The notes beneath the pieces were generated by a model, which did no database searches, was not told the DNA's origin, and saw nothing but the letters and a program-made list of their open reading frames with translations. A program made the translations under genes and the position numbers. Positions 30,501 to 45,500 of a stretch of 64,000 bases of DNA are shown piece after piece (position 1 is the stretch's first letter; each line of letters opens with the position of its first letter). Source of the stretch: Antedon mediterranea (lineage: Eukaryota > Animalia > Echinodermata); NCBI RefSeq assembly GCF_964355755.1, contig NC_092674.1:15810001-15874000 (forward strand), in the 5' to 3' direction.

Positions 30501-33500
30501 TACAACATTGTGAAATTGAGCCAAATATCTTCAACTAGTTTCCAGGAGAACATTTTTAGAGAAAACAACTCACAAAGTATAATGTTTATAAAATGTAATT
30601 TTGCATTATCATGTAGATGATTATATAGGCCTACTGTACTTTTCTACACGAAATAGATGGCGCATTAGCAAACTTAATCATATTAACGACACAATCTAGC
30701 TAATAATCTAATAATTTTGAAAAAACCCTAAAGTTTTTAGGAGGGACATTTGTTGATGTATTGATGATGTATTGTCCCCTGAAAAATGGTAATGTTCCAT
30801 AATAGTTATTCACTTTGACAAAAATGTATCAAAACAATTTTGTTTTCCTGCAAAAACTGTACCAACAGCCAATGGGTTTTTGGTTTAATATAAACGTTTG
30901 TTTTTTCTTTTTATAAATATAAGTGAGAACATTTTTTTTTTTTTTTTGCGAAAAGGCAGGCTCAGTAGTCCTCATCAATTAAAAAAACAACAAAAGTTTT
31001 TTTTATGTCATGCTAGTCTAAATTCATGTCAAATTCATTTACTATCGTATTTCTGAAATCTAAATTTTGCAATATGTATGCAGACAAAGAATAACTAAAA
31101 TTTACTTCCTCACTTTGAAGAATATTTATAGGTGATCATTTTATAATTTTACTGACATTTCATTTTAAAACAGATGCAGTATGTGAAAATACAATCGCAA
31201 AACGTTGATGTATGTTATGCATACGCTTATTATAGTGATGAGTTTGCCTATGTGTAAAATACAATATTTACTATAGGCCTATACAGTGTAGCATAGGTGA
31301 AATTCTTAAACACACATCATTGGTATGATAACGTTATCAAAATCAAACATGAAGATGACAAATTCAAAATCGATTCAAATGGAATATAAAAAAAAAAAAT
31401 TATATGAGAACCCTTTTTTTAAACCCAATTCATTGCAAGTTAAAGTTATATATTATTAAAAACAAATTCTAAACCGCCCGGTGATAGGCCTATACTGAAA
31501 ATGTGTTAATTTGAAACGATAAAATGAGGAAATATGTGAGAATATATAATCAAACCTTATTTAATCAAAATATGAATACAATGAATGAAAAGTCCTTTTT
31601 TACTACTCTAACCCCCCCCCCCCCCCTCAAAGAAAAATACTTTATCCTACGAATTTTACAATGGAATAATGGAAGATTCCAAACCGAGCGCTGATTTATT
31701 CTCATATTTTTAATCTCTCCGTTTCGATAATTTCTTTTTGATTTTACGGTAATATTCAGTATATACTCTAAGCATAGTTTAAATCAACCATTTGGACACT
31801 ATCCAGGCTTCTTATGACATTTTTAAGGATAATAAGCGATTTTGAAGGCCGGACCAGTTTTGGCCTAGCCGGACCTGTATTAGCGACTGTTTCAACGCCA
31901 AAATCGATCCGACCGGACCAGTTTTGGCGCCGGACCAAATTTCGCGTTTACAGTACAAGCCTCTTGCGTGGATTTCTAAAATTATATTGTTAATGTGTCA
32001 GTAGCGGTACAAAATAATTCAAGAATAGGTTTGGAATTTAAACATAAAAATATAGATTTGATTGTTTGGATATCAGTGATTTTTAGTTTTTTAAACTTTA
32101 ATAGTTTATCAAGATAAGATGGTTAATCAGCTGCCCACTTAAAGAGGTTGCAACGGCAGAACTAATATTTGAAAATTAGGAATTGAATTGTTCACAAATA
32201 TCAATTATTTTATCTATACAATTATCATCTATTTGTAGGACTAAAAGATCATTTATTTATCTTTGTTAAGATTTATTTGCTGAATTTTTTATATCCCATG
32301 TTAGTTGTTACTTTGAGATTAGATTTAGCTTGGTCAAATTTATTGCGAAAATATTTCTCTTTGGCATTTTTGCACAAAAATATGTTAATTTTTTTTGTTG
32401 TATAACTTGCGTTTATGTTGACTGCATTTAAAAATATATTTTGTCATCCATGGCTGTTTAAAAGATTTACTTTTTGAGGTTTTTTTAATAGAAAGGTGTT
32501 TGTTATGAATTTTTCAATGAAAAGATTAAAAGATAGTTTAGGATCACAATTATAGATAATTGACCAATATTCATTTTGTAGATCATTACATAGAGAACTA
32601 ATATCATTTATATAATAAGCTCATCATGTGGACAGTTCAAATCAAATGTTTTTTTAAATTTTTACTATTTATTCAGATGCTTCAACAATGCATATGTACA
32701 CAATTTCAGCTTTGGTACCCAACTCTTTCATATTTATTTTTCCTGTTTTTTTCCTTCTAAATTGTCCTGTTCTGTTACATTATCAATGCATGAAATACGA
32801 CAGTTTTGAAAAAAAATGAAGGAATTGAGTATCAAAGCTGAAATTTTATTTATAAGTAGATATTAAATATGTCTTAATTAACTTGTGTCAATTTAAAAAC
32901 AAGTTTTCACTGTCCACACCGGTGATGAGAAATGAAGAGTTTTTCTCTATTTTTAGATCTGATCCCAACTTTGAATATATGCCATTCCATTTCTATTGAT
33001 TTGATCAGCCTGTGCTTGTTTGTGGCTCAAGACTAATTTTCATAGATAATATATTTCCAATATGAAGTAAATATACCCACTCATGCGAACACATGGTGAT
33101 ATAAAAAAAACGGAAGAAATGCAGTGTAGATAACTTCAGAAAAGCAGGGACAGGGATAATTTTAGATAAGATAAGTCATATTTCTATAATATGACCTCAT
33201 GGAATAAGTAAAAAGTTAAAATACCAAGGTTGAACGTGATAGCTATTACTGAACCTGAGTTATAAGCTTCCAAAGTCTGATGAAGTTGGGTTTATGAATT
33301 TTGCAGCATCAATTATAAAGATAATAAGTGGCAAACGAGGTGCGTAGCACCGAGTGTGGGTGGGTTCGGGAGTGGTTGTCCCCCTCCTGAGCCTAAACAC
33401 TGTTAAATAGGCTAGAGCAACTGTTTCCATCACATTTAATAACAAATGTTATGTAATAAATTTAAATAAATCCTTCCTAAATACTGTACAGATCTTTTTC

Positions 33501-36500
33501 AACGAACTGATAATCTTTGATCGAAAAATACTTCAAACGAAATAAACATTTGGCAATGCGGTAGTGCATGTGTTGTGTACTGTGTTGTGTACTGTGTTTT
33601 GGTGGTCTGTTAACCTCAGATATATACCCTACAGCCGAACTCAATGTAATTTAACAATGATTGCAATAATCGCTGTGTCTATAACACAAATCAATAAAAC
33701 GCCAAATACACCATCCACTTTTTTTCGGCCGTGTACCTACATACTGTACAAGGAATACCCCATACAATACAAGACATTTCATGTTTATTTTATGCCTATG
33801 AAATAATAAAAGAAAACCATGTTTCTCATTTATTTTTTTCGTTTATACTGCATACCATTATTATATAAAAAACCTTCATACGTGAGAAAAAAAGTTATTA
33901 TACACTCTACTCAGGGGTATAAATAACGCTTGCACACACGGAGGGCCAAGGTGGTAATCAAAAGAAATGAAAAATGGTGTATTTTTGAAGCGTGATTACG
34001 TCAGCATTCACTCGAGGCGCGAGCTATAGACAACAAGATTCTAAATCGCGTTTTCTTTTTAAACTCTTAAATTCATAATAGTAATTAAACTCTTAGCTCT
34101 TTCACTATGTAGGCCTATTTACACAACTAATGCCAACCCTAGCTCTAGGCCTACTCTTAATTTGAAAAAGAATCAGGTGCATCGAATCCACGCCTAGCGA
34201 CGGTTGCGGGTATGTTGCATCTTTTTTTTCGAGAAATAAGGGGGATGGCTAGCCACCCAATTCACCCTCACCCCCTAAATCCGCCACTGCACAGTTATTT
34301 GTCATGTTCAATATGTTTATATAAAACACAAAATTGTATGGTCAAGAAGTGTTAGTCAAACAAAATTTTAAATGAGTTATTCAGTTATTGAAGTTGCCGT
34401 TCATGAAAGTTGTCCGCAGGGAGGTTCAACTGTATAATATTCCCATTATGTTTTAAAACTAAGTAATATATATTAAGAGTATCCAATGTTGAGTACATAT
34501 GATGAGCTACAAGATACTATTACTTCAAATTTATCAGAGCTTTTGTAATAGCTAAATTCATAATCAGAAAAACATTCATAAAGAAAAATAAATTTCCATA
34601 GAAAATTTGAAACAATATACCCAAAAACCTAAGAACAAAACTGTATACAGTCAGCAACTGAAATCAATACATTAAGAGCATGTAAAGCTGGGTCAGCAGG
34701 TATTATAAGAAATGCTGAGCTAAAGAAAATCCTATACATAAAGCAAACAGTAAATTGATACAATTGACAAGATGAGATCCATATGCATTATATTACTTAG
34801 TCATATTAAACATTGATATTTACCATAGCAAAACACAATTAGAAACAAAAACAAGAAGTTGTTACAGTTTTAAGTCAATCACCAAAATTATCTAATTATT
34901 CAAATAAGACACATAATCTCTTTTGAAACAAATTACTTATTTAAATGGTGGATCACATCATTTTTAATATATTTCAATTGATAAATAGTTGTGATGTAAA
35001 CTGTTTTAATAAAGACTAGTTGATGTTTTGCAAACCTTTGTTTGAACTACATTTTCCATAAAGTTTTATAAAGTCATATTCTATCAATATTATATCACTC
35101 AGAGTTTCGGAATCAATGTGATGCTTGACCTCAATCCTGTAAAAAACACTTTAGACTGGCAGACTATGTATGAAGAAAGGCAATCTGTATACAATCCAAA
35201 TAGAAAATCCAAATAGAAAATCATAGTACAAATAAAATACCCAAAACTTGCAAGAATTTAAAATATAGTGTAAAATGTTCTGTATTTATTTTGTTACAAT
35301 GAATTTTACTGACCGCATACATTGCATACTTATAATAAGCATTTAGCCTACCAGACTTATGTAATGTTGAACTTTGTTTGTATCAATGGATTTAAAGCAT
35401 TGAAAATGAAACTTCAATTGTAACTCCTGCGTATATTATAATTTTGCATACGTTGACAAGTTTCCTCGGCGATGTTGAAAAATCTATTAATCAGCGGGGC
35501 TCATATCCGTCGAAGATGGGTACTAATGCTAGTTAAATATAATCGAAAAGAATAGCAATATATGCTACATTCATTTTGATATTTCTGAAAAACGTCACAA
35601 AAACACAAAAAATATATGTTATACATAAAATACATAAAATCAAACCTAAGGCGGTCATACCATCTACATTAGCTTTAACGACCACGTATGGATTTTTAAT
35701 TTTTTTTATTCATTATATATTTTTAATTTATATAAATGGAATAAGTAGCGATTGTATATGAGCGGTTTTGCGTATAATTTCCACTGCCAAGAATGAGCTC
35801 TTTAAAAGAGCTTTACTACCATCAATTGTTTTAAAAATGTTATCTATATCAGGCCTGGCATCACAAAAGCGGCGCAGAGTCGCAACCCAAACTTTTGAGA
35901 TATTTAGCCATGAAGTTCAGAATGTGAAAAACGGCCTAACCTACCCATGTTAAAATTTCAATAAAAAACGATACTATAAACACTTATCTTTGCTAAAATT
36001 TCTAACAAGAATTTGTGAATCCTTGACTGTGATTGGCTATAGAGAAAAATTACGCTCTCTGATTTTTTTTAATTTATTTTTTTAACCATATTTAATCAGG
36101 GTGATCCATCCAGCTATTGCTGATCATTAGGGACCCTCAGAGGTTCACAAGACAAACATATATACAAGATGCTTTACATAAACAAAGTCTTATTACAAGT
36201 CTTTGGGAGTGGAGTTGTAATTTGGTCCTTTGAAAAAATCCTGACATGTGACGGGACTTGAACCCAGGACCCTTGGAGTGGTAGTCAAGCATCATAACAA
36301 CCAAGCCACAACTCCACTCCCAAAAAAAATATCCGTCGAGGTTCGAACCCCTGGCTGACGCTTTTGTTTTTCGAATCAACGTTTCAACATTTTGTGAATA
36401 TTTAGGAATTTAATCGTTATTTTTATCCATATATTTTTTTAAAATAACAAAAAATATAATATAATGTACCACATGGTGATATATTTTCAACTAGTTTGCC

Positions 36501-39500
36501 GTTATTGAGGAGTAGCGAGTTTTGACAGAGTGTCTTGTCGCATTGACCAGGCCAAACTAATCGACATCACATTTTGTAACCATATTGATTGTTGTTGATT
36601 ATTGTTCTTAATTACATTTAACAACATTTTCGGAATTGCCTCAACAAGTGTATTGTATTTACTAATCCAATTTCATTTTAATTACTGAAATTTCTGTGAA
36701 CCAAAATGATAATACTGTGAACAAAAATGTCATTATTGCCGTGAGCAAAATGATATTGCTGTGAGCAAAATATAATTTCTAAGAGCTAAATGATATTTCT
36801 AAGAGCTAAATGATATTGCCGTGAGCTAAAATTATATTGCTGTGAGCTAAATGATTTTGCCATGAATAAGATAAGATAAATCTTTATTATCATGAACACA
36901 ACAAGGCGAACAGGAAATTGGTTTTCCTTGGTGCTTAAAAACACATACAATATATAAAACAATAAAAATATCAATACAATACATTAAAACTATATTAGTA
37001 AACAAGTTCTATTTACAGAAGGAATAAAAAAACAACTATCTTTGAAATGTTGAGTTGGAAACATGAATAGAATTGTGGACAAATGATTTCCTACATCGAG
37101 TGGAATTGCACATTTAAAGGACGAATTCTACCTGATAATATTAACAACATATTTATCATTCAATGGGTGTAAGTTATTTTTATTTTATTTTTATTTAATC
37201 TTTCTTTATTCTGAAATACACTTTCAATACAATGTACTGATTTCCAAAGTGGTTCAGTTCTTAACTACATAAATGTAAACAAAATACAGTATATAAATTG
37301 ACAAAAGAAAATATAAAATTAAACCTAAAATTATCAAAATCAAATTAACACAATTAAAGTAAGCCCATTTAAAGGTAAAAACATAAATAATTGAGATTTT
37401 TAAACAAGATAAAAGAAGTTTTAATCATTGAGCATTAATTAGATTTAGTTTTGAATTAAAATTAAAGTTTTGAAATTTGTGATTTGAAAGTTGAGTTATC
37501 TTCAATTATTTTCTTAACTTACTTAACATCGCGCCTGTAAACTGCATCAACATTGAAATTCCTTCCTATTATTTTACTAGCAGTTTTCATAGTATAGTCA
37601 AGTTTCTTTTTATTATTGGATGAATCAGTTTTATTTTGATAATTTTATGATTTCTAATTTGGCTATTAAAACTGGCATTGGTTTATTTTGCTATTATGAA
37701 ATAAAATGCAATAAAACTGACTTTCTGTATTTTGTAAAGGCTCAGATTTCAATTTCAAATACAATATCTCATTTTATTATTTCCGTATAAAAATTTTTCA
37801 TTCTGATAGAAAAAAAAAACTTTATATTGAATACTGAAAAATGATACACAAGTTATTATTTATCATGTATAGTTAATTTAAAAATGAATTGTAAATAAAG
37901 TTAAAGTTGTTAACCAAGTGGCTATCAAATTTCAAACATGTCATATTATTTTCAATAGATTTGACAGTCATACAAATAATATATTTTCATCTAATTTAGA
38001 TTATATAATAAATATAATGTTATGATAATAAACAGTAGTTGTAATAATAATTGTAAGTAATCTTATATTTATTTTCTAAATTTTCATTATTTAATGGATA
38101 TTATTGTTTGTGATAACAAAAAACACTGTAAAAAAATTTACAAATTCTGGAATTGGTATGTTTAATTAAAATAAACATTTACATATCAAAGTGAATGAAT
38201 AAAAAATATAATTTGTTTATAGTGGTGACAAGTCATCATTTAAAACATTTATTTGTGAATAATTATTATTATTAATATATCTTAGAATTTTGAAAACCAC
38301 AAACAATATGCATATACGAATAATTAAATTGTAACACACTTGCACCTGGAATGCCTTCATATTGATACAGAATGTTGAATGGTCTAGATCTAATGTCACA
38401 GACTGTAGGCTTACTGCTGCAGTAGGAAGTCCTCAATTATCTCAATTGGAGCATACAAGCTATCACGTTTTTGTTGGCTAATTAATTGGACAAAAACAGT
38501 GATTTGATATAGATATTAAACCAAAATGCATTTGCTAATTATTTAATTAACTTATAAATTTATGTAAGTTCATGATTAAATCAAAGATGAAATAGTACAT
38601 GTTTTTTAATTTAATAAAATCTGTAACTATAGGCATGTGTAGCCCAAGGAAATGACAAAGCTAAATTTACTGGAAATTTGAGGATGGCCTTTTACCTTAA
38701 ATATAAATATCTGCTGCAAATATGATTTAGACAAAACTACTGTATTTGTATCCATTGTCAATGAACGATTTGTTTTTAACCTATTACAAAATAATTTCTT
38801 TTTAATTAAAGGATTTCCTATAGATTTATATAACAAATGGCTTTCACTTACCAGCCTAATTAAGTGTGTGCTATTTTATGTACACAAAATGTGATTATGT
38901 AAAACTACTGGTCAATTCAATCATACTTTTGAAACATACACACCTAATAAAAATGTCTTTAAAGCAAACCCATTTATTATCTCTGTAGGATCTGTTAGAC
39001 CTACTAATGAAACCACAAAATTAGTTAACCAATTCAGTTTGATGGACTTACTACAGCACTGTATTAGTAAAAGTGCCTTTTTCAAGGTTAAACTTAGGGT
39101 CCATTTGGTCACCAACTCACTAATTAAGAAAGTCAAGACAAAATGTAAAGAAAAAACTGGTGACAGAAAAGATGAAGTTTGCATTATGAATGACATATTG
39201 AATCAACTAAACTGTCAATCTTAGCAACCACACGATTGCACAGTTGGGATATGTTAGTTTCTATCATAAAGACATAATTTTTGTGTTTGTGGGCATTTCT
39301 AAAATTAAATATTAATACAAACAGCACATTCAAGAGATGACGCATATATAATGTCTACATTGCAAGGAAAAAAATGGGCTTTCTAGTAGAGTCCATTAAT
39401 TTACAAGGGTTCACATTTTAATTACATTTTTCACTAATGCGGTAACAAAATCTAATTCACCATGGCAGGTATGGTAGCCATGTGATGCCATTTTGGCCAT

Positions 39501-42500
39501 CACATTCCCATATTTACTGGACAGGGCTATGTAATATAATATATTATATAGCCTAAATACGGGAATATGATTGGTTGAAACTGCATCACATGACTATACC
39601 ACTACAAGGATCGTAATTATTATATATGCTTGCAGGCAGTATCTGTATATTACATTAATGGCAATTACTTATTTCTTGCTGTCACTATAATATGCCATCT
39701 GATTGTCTGTCCTTATGTTACTTTTAAGTCTGTCTGAACTAAAATACCAAGTTGCAACAAGGAATTTTTTATTTCACCTTGTATTTATTCCTCTTTGTAT
39801 AGAAACAACTACACATACACAGATAAAATACCTGAAAAAAATCAATCATATCTTATATAGACCCGAGTGATTGAAATCCATTGTTGAGTCCAGACAAAAT
39901 TAAATCTAGAATTTAATTCGTCACTTTGACGAATTATAGGTGATCATTTTGATAAAGGATAATTTTAATGACATTTTATTTTTAAAAATATGTTAGAATA
40001 TGAGTGTAAAATGTTGATGTGCACCATCTTATGACCTGATGCATATACACTTATAGTGCTGTTGAGTTGTGTCATATAGAATATACCGTATAGTGTCGTA
40101 GCATAGGTGAAATTACGGGACCCACATCATGTTCTTATTTTTGGGTATGATGACATTATCCAAAAAAACTTAAAGATGACAATTTCGAATAATAAATTGA
40201 GCAAATAAATATAAGATTTGGAAGAAAATTTGGTACGTAGAAGCACGGTGCATGCTCTTTGAAATTTGCATAACTTTGACAACAAAAACTACTTTTTAAC
40301 TTTAACAGGCCAGGTGATAACTTCACAAAATCCGATAGGCTTAATTTGTATATGAATTCATATCTACATTTCATCATTCTTTCAAAATAAGTTTTAATCA
40401 TTAAGGTAACATTCAAGTCTGAAGAGCTGTAAGATATTCAAATATACAGTGTAGGTGAAATTACACAACCTACATTATTCAAGTTTTTAAGCGTGATGAC
40501 ATCATCAAAATAAAAATGGTGTCTGTGAAATGGTCATGAGAAAGATAATTGATTGATCAAGCACATACTGATATTTGAGTGAAAATTGGGCACAAATAAC
40601 CAAGATGTGCTCTGTTGAATGTGATAACCTATGAAGAAAGATAAAACATTTTAAATTCAAGTGGCCATTTGATGAAGTCACAACATTTTTTACGTGAAAT
40701 CTACAACTATGTCTTCCAGAATAAGTTAAAAAATTGGGGGTCATCGTGCATTCTGAATTATTTTCATTTTATGCCTTATTTTTTACCATTTTAAGCACTT
40801 TTGTGCAATTCGGAATGAACTCAAATTTGGTGAATGTACTAAGTATGGTGAGTAGAATGCGATTTATACAATTTGTATTTTTTACATATCGCTTATGCAA
40901 AAGCATGTTTTTGCGCAGTAATTTTTTGAAACATGCAAATGGCCTAATTCATGCTCTAAATTGATCAAAACAATTTTCAGCTTTTTAAAACTTTAACACA
41001 CAATTTTATGCGCATGACCCTATGTATGCATGCATTTTTATTTGCTAATATTTTAACCTTCACTTGAAGCTTACGTATAGTGAATTTTATTGATATTTTA
41101 TGACGAGTTATGGAGATATGATTGATAATGTGATTGTGGCATATAAATTAAATGATGTCACGAATGAGTGATCATGCTGAAAAGCTTATTAGGATTAAGT
41201 TAAATTGTTTGAAAGATATTGTGAAATATTTGTGATCATTGACATTTAACTTTTTGAGATAATTGTTTAATACACAAAATAGTGTATAGAAAGATGATCA
41301 CCTAATAATAGGTGATCATTTTATTCTAAATGATCACCTAAAATAAATATTTCATACAATAACGATAGGTGATCAATTTATTCTACATTGATCACCTAAT
41401 AATAGACAAATATGACGTTGTTACACTAAATGAGATCATGAGATGTACAAGCAATTTTCTTTTTAAATTCAATTCAATTGTATTTCAGACAAACCGTCCA
41501 TATGAAACATACATTACAAAAACAGTACAAAGCGTTATGACAACCGTCATTGAGACTGAGAGAGGACCAAGAATTATTATTGTTGACCTATTGTGCCTAT
41601 CTCTAAAATACATTTTGGAATCAAACAATAAATATTCATACAATTTAACATTTTATTTTTGCTTTTCATAATTCTGGAATAAAACTATAAATTGTCAACC
41701 TCAAGAATTCATAAAAGAAAAGAAAAAAACAGATTACTTGCACTGATATCGGGATTGACCGAACAGCATGCGGAAAACATCATTATGATATACTTTAAGT
41801 CGATTGATATCCTTTATGAAATAATTAGACCATAAGGAGAACGATACATATTAATACAGTACAATAGGATCTAACAAGTAACACTTGATAGATTTGGAGC
41901 AGTAAGAAAATTTTCTAAATAAGATTTCCTCTAATACATAAAGATCTTTATTGTCGTTTAATATCTGCCCCATCTCTTAAATTTTTAGTTAATATATGAC
42001 CTAAGTATATAAAGTGGTCAACATACTTCAATACCTTGTCACCCAATACTGTTTTGGAAGGCTTATAGTGCTTCTATGAGTAGAATGGCAAAACAGTATA
42101 CAGTTGGACTTTTTATTATTATATATAAACTCTGATATACAGTTAAGTCTTGTACAGCAAATCCTTGTGAAATCATAGAGTTACATGTAGTTAAAAGAAC
42201 AAAAGAAGCAGTTGGCTAACGTATTTTTAAGGTGTTCGGCTGCCAAATCATCCAAACCAGCACCTTTCCCATTAGAAAGCTTATTATACTGTAATCAGTT
42301 ATAACAATTACCTTTACTATCAATACACTTATCAAGAGTATCACTAAAAAATTCTTTATATTCATCATTATTTACACACCTAAAAAGAGCTTCGTAGCTT
42401 TTATTAAGATGCCAAACCTGGTGCCAGTATTGTTCATAATATTAAATTACTAATGGAATTAATCATTAAATTAGCCCTGATTTGCTGTTCATTTGAGGCA

Positions 42501-45500
42501 TAGCATCACAAAATCGGCGTAGTGTCGGAAATAATATTTTTTTCGTTTTTTATATATTCGTAATCTTTTAATAAGCTTTAAAATGAGCCGTTATATGAAG
42601 AGTTATTATTATGAAAACATACGAGTCACTTTCTAGCTCAGGAAATCTTCATTTTGAGAAAATCCACAATGAAGTAGCGACGCCGATTAGCTTGGCATAG
42701 CCTAGCCCGCCGATCAATGCGACAAGACTCTCTGTCAAAACTCGTTATTTTCTTCTCAATATAATGGCAAACTAGTCAAAAATATATCACTGTGTGGTAA
42801 ATAATATTATATATTTTGATATTTTTTTAAAATATATGGATAAAAATAACGATTAACTTCCTAAATATTCACAAAATGTTGAAACATTCATTCAAGAAAC
42901 CACGATAGAAGTCATGCTGCTTATCGTAAACAAAAGCGTCAGCCAATCAGAGAGCGTAATTTATCTCTATAGCCAATCACAGTCAATGATTCATAAATTT
43001 TTTTTAGAAAATTCAGCAACCTAACACCTTAATAAAACCAATTTCCATTAGCTAGATTTTAAAAAATCCCTTAGGTGTACAAAAGCGCCGTAAAGAAAGT
43101 TGATTTTTGAGTGAACAAAAATACAATTTTCTAATGATTTTCAATGGAAACGACTTAAATAATTGCAAAATACACATACTTGTGATATTTTTTTATGAAC
43201 AAGAGTTTGATATGTTAAAGAAAAGTGTTTATACTATCGTTTTTTATTGAAATTTTAAAATGGGTAGGTTAGGTCGTTTTTCACATTCTGAACTTCAAGA
43301 CCAAATATCTCAAAAGTTCGGGTTGCGACTCTGCGCCGCTTTTGTGATGCCAGGCCTCATTTGTTTTGCACACTTTCAGAGCCAATTTGAATCTTGACCG
43401 CATAGATTCATAAAGAGGACTGGCTCTGGGTTGCCCATTGAACGCCAAGGCTATAGACTGCACCTAAGCAACAGAACACAAACTGCCGTACACAAGCAAT
43501 GCTCACAGCATACAGATTGTGTTCAATAGTGCCGCCAAGGGCCTAGCTAACAATAGCTGCTCATACTAGTCAAAAACATGAATTAATCACCTTTATACTG
43601 TATATGCTCTAGATAAACTTAACTTGCAAACTGAAATGACGATTATTCCAATCAGAACACTAGATTGCTGTAATTTTCGTAGATTATAGCATAGGTTTTG
43701 TTGCCATGTCATCGTCGGTACTGTTGGTATATATGCATTAATGTGTGATCAGCTTTGAAATAACATGAAATTTTGAACGGTTTGATTCATGTGCTGTGCA
43801 TGGGAATTTACAATCACTTTATAGTATGGTCTGGAGAGTACTCAAATTTACCGTACATTTCGGTATATAAGTCGCACCTGTGTATAAGACGCACCCCCTA
43901 ACTGAGAGTAAAATATCGGTATTTCTTATATCGTCAATGTATAAGACGCACTTTATATTTCATCAAAACAATGTTTTTTTAAATTGTAATCATATTATTG
44001 TAATAATATATTTTGTTATATCTACAACGGCGTCCCTTATTTAGGTTTTTTCTTACCTAGGCTCGGCCGCGCCCAGCCTCAACAAGTTCTTTCTAACTTG
44101 TTATTCATGAGTTTCGCACCCGCAACATCGAGTATCTATGTATCCCAGAAGTGTATACGCTACTGTAGGTCCATGCTATAATCAACTGGAGAATACTAGT
44201 CGAATACCGTACACCATGTGGCCGCCAGGAAGGGCTTGCGCTGGGGGTACGGCGATCGTGCGTATAACTATAAATAAATACTATTCCAATCGTAAACGTT
44301 TACAAATGAAATTTTATCGGAGCACCTAAAACAGCTCCATAATGAACAAATCTTTTCATCATATTTAGTATAACATCACGCTAAAATGCCTTGAAAACTA
44401 GGCAGAAGCAGGTTGCTGTTACGTTAGTACACTATACTGTAGCTAGGCCTAGCCTACTCAGGCCTAGCCAACAAGGTAACAATATGTACAATCTGTGTGG
44501 TGAGGCATTTATGTTCGGTGTATAAGACGCACCCTTAATTTAGAGGTCAAATTTTGCGTGTCAAAAGTGCGACTTATACACCGAAATATACGGTAACTAA
44601 AAATGAATTGTGTTGTTATTTATATATAATGAATTTATAATGGCCAGTTGTGATCAGATATAATTAAAAACATAATTTTACGAAAATGCTGCAGAGACCA
44701 GTATTTATTGATTATTTAGAGTTTGAACATTTATTTCTGCCCTTATCTGTGAACATTTGATGACAAATTATTGAATGGATCTATAGATAATTATGACAAC
44801 AAAAATCGTAAACAGGAATATAATATATTTTTACATAATCAATAGGATGCATATTACATAAACCTACTTTAAGGCATGTATTTAGGCCAAAGAACTCATT
44901 TAAAATGATTTATCTAATCAATTAATTGAAAATTGAAATTATTACTTTTTATCATCAATAATATTTTTCAAATACACTTTATTTCCACAAAGATTTTCAG
45001 GGGGAAATAATTAATTAAATATTAATTTGTCAGTAGATTTTATTTAAAATGATTAAGAAGTTGTTTCAACTCAACTCACCTGAAAGTCACTAGTTGCACA
45101 GAAGAACTAATTTCAACTTTCGAGAAAGGAACCTACCAGTGAACAATCAAGGTCGACACTGAACTTATCTTAACTATGGTACTACACACGACAAGATTCA
45201 TGTGTATTGAAACCCGTATGCGCAAGCACTTATATGGAAACCTCGAACTGATTGTTACTGGCTGCAATTATTCTTACTGCTCATTTGTCACGATTTAAAG
45301 TTTTAATTTGAAAAAAAAATAGAACATGGCTAACTGACTGAACTACACTAAGCTAACATTTGTTGTGCGCCTGTCAGTTGTGTTCAGTTGCTTGGAGTGC
45401 TTATGTTGACACAAAAAATAAAATATTGAAGAATAGTAGGATCGAGAATGCATTAAATTATTTTGCAAAATTGATTACCTTTCTGCATTTTCTTTTGCAC

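Noticed and set aside
30191-30538. 115-aa ORF inside the TIR element as a possible transposase
   Set aside because: It has a non-ATG start and no recognisable DDE or DNA-binding motif; at most it is a decayed remnant.
35036-35137. Strong minus-strand acceptor TTTTTTACAG with a short open frame
   Set aside because: It has no ABCC similarity and only a weak donor, and exons 2 and 3 already join into the conserved sequence.
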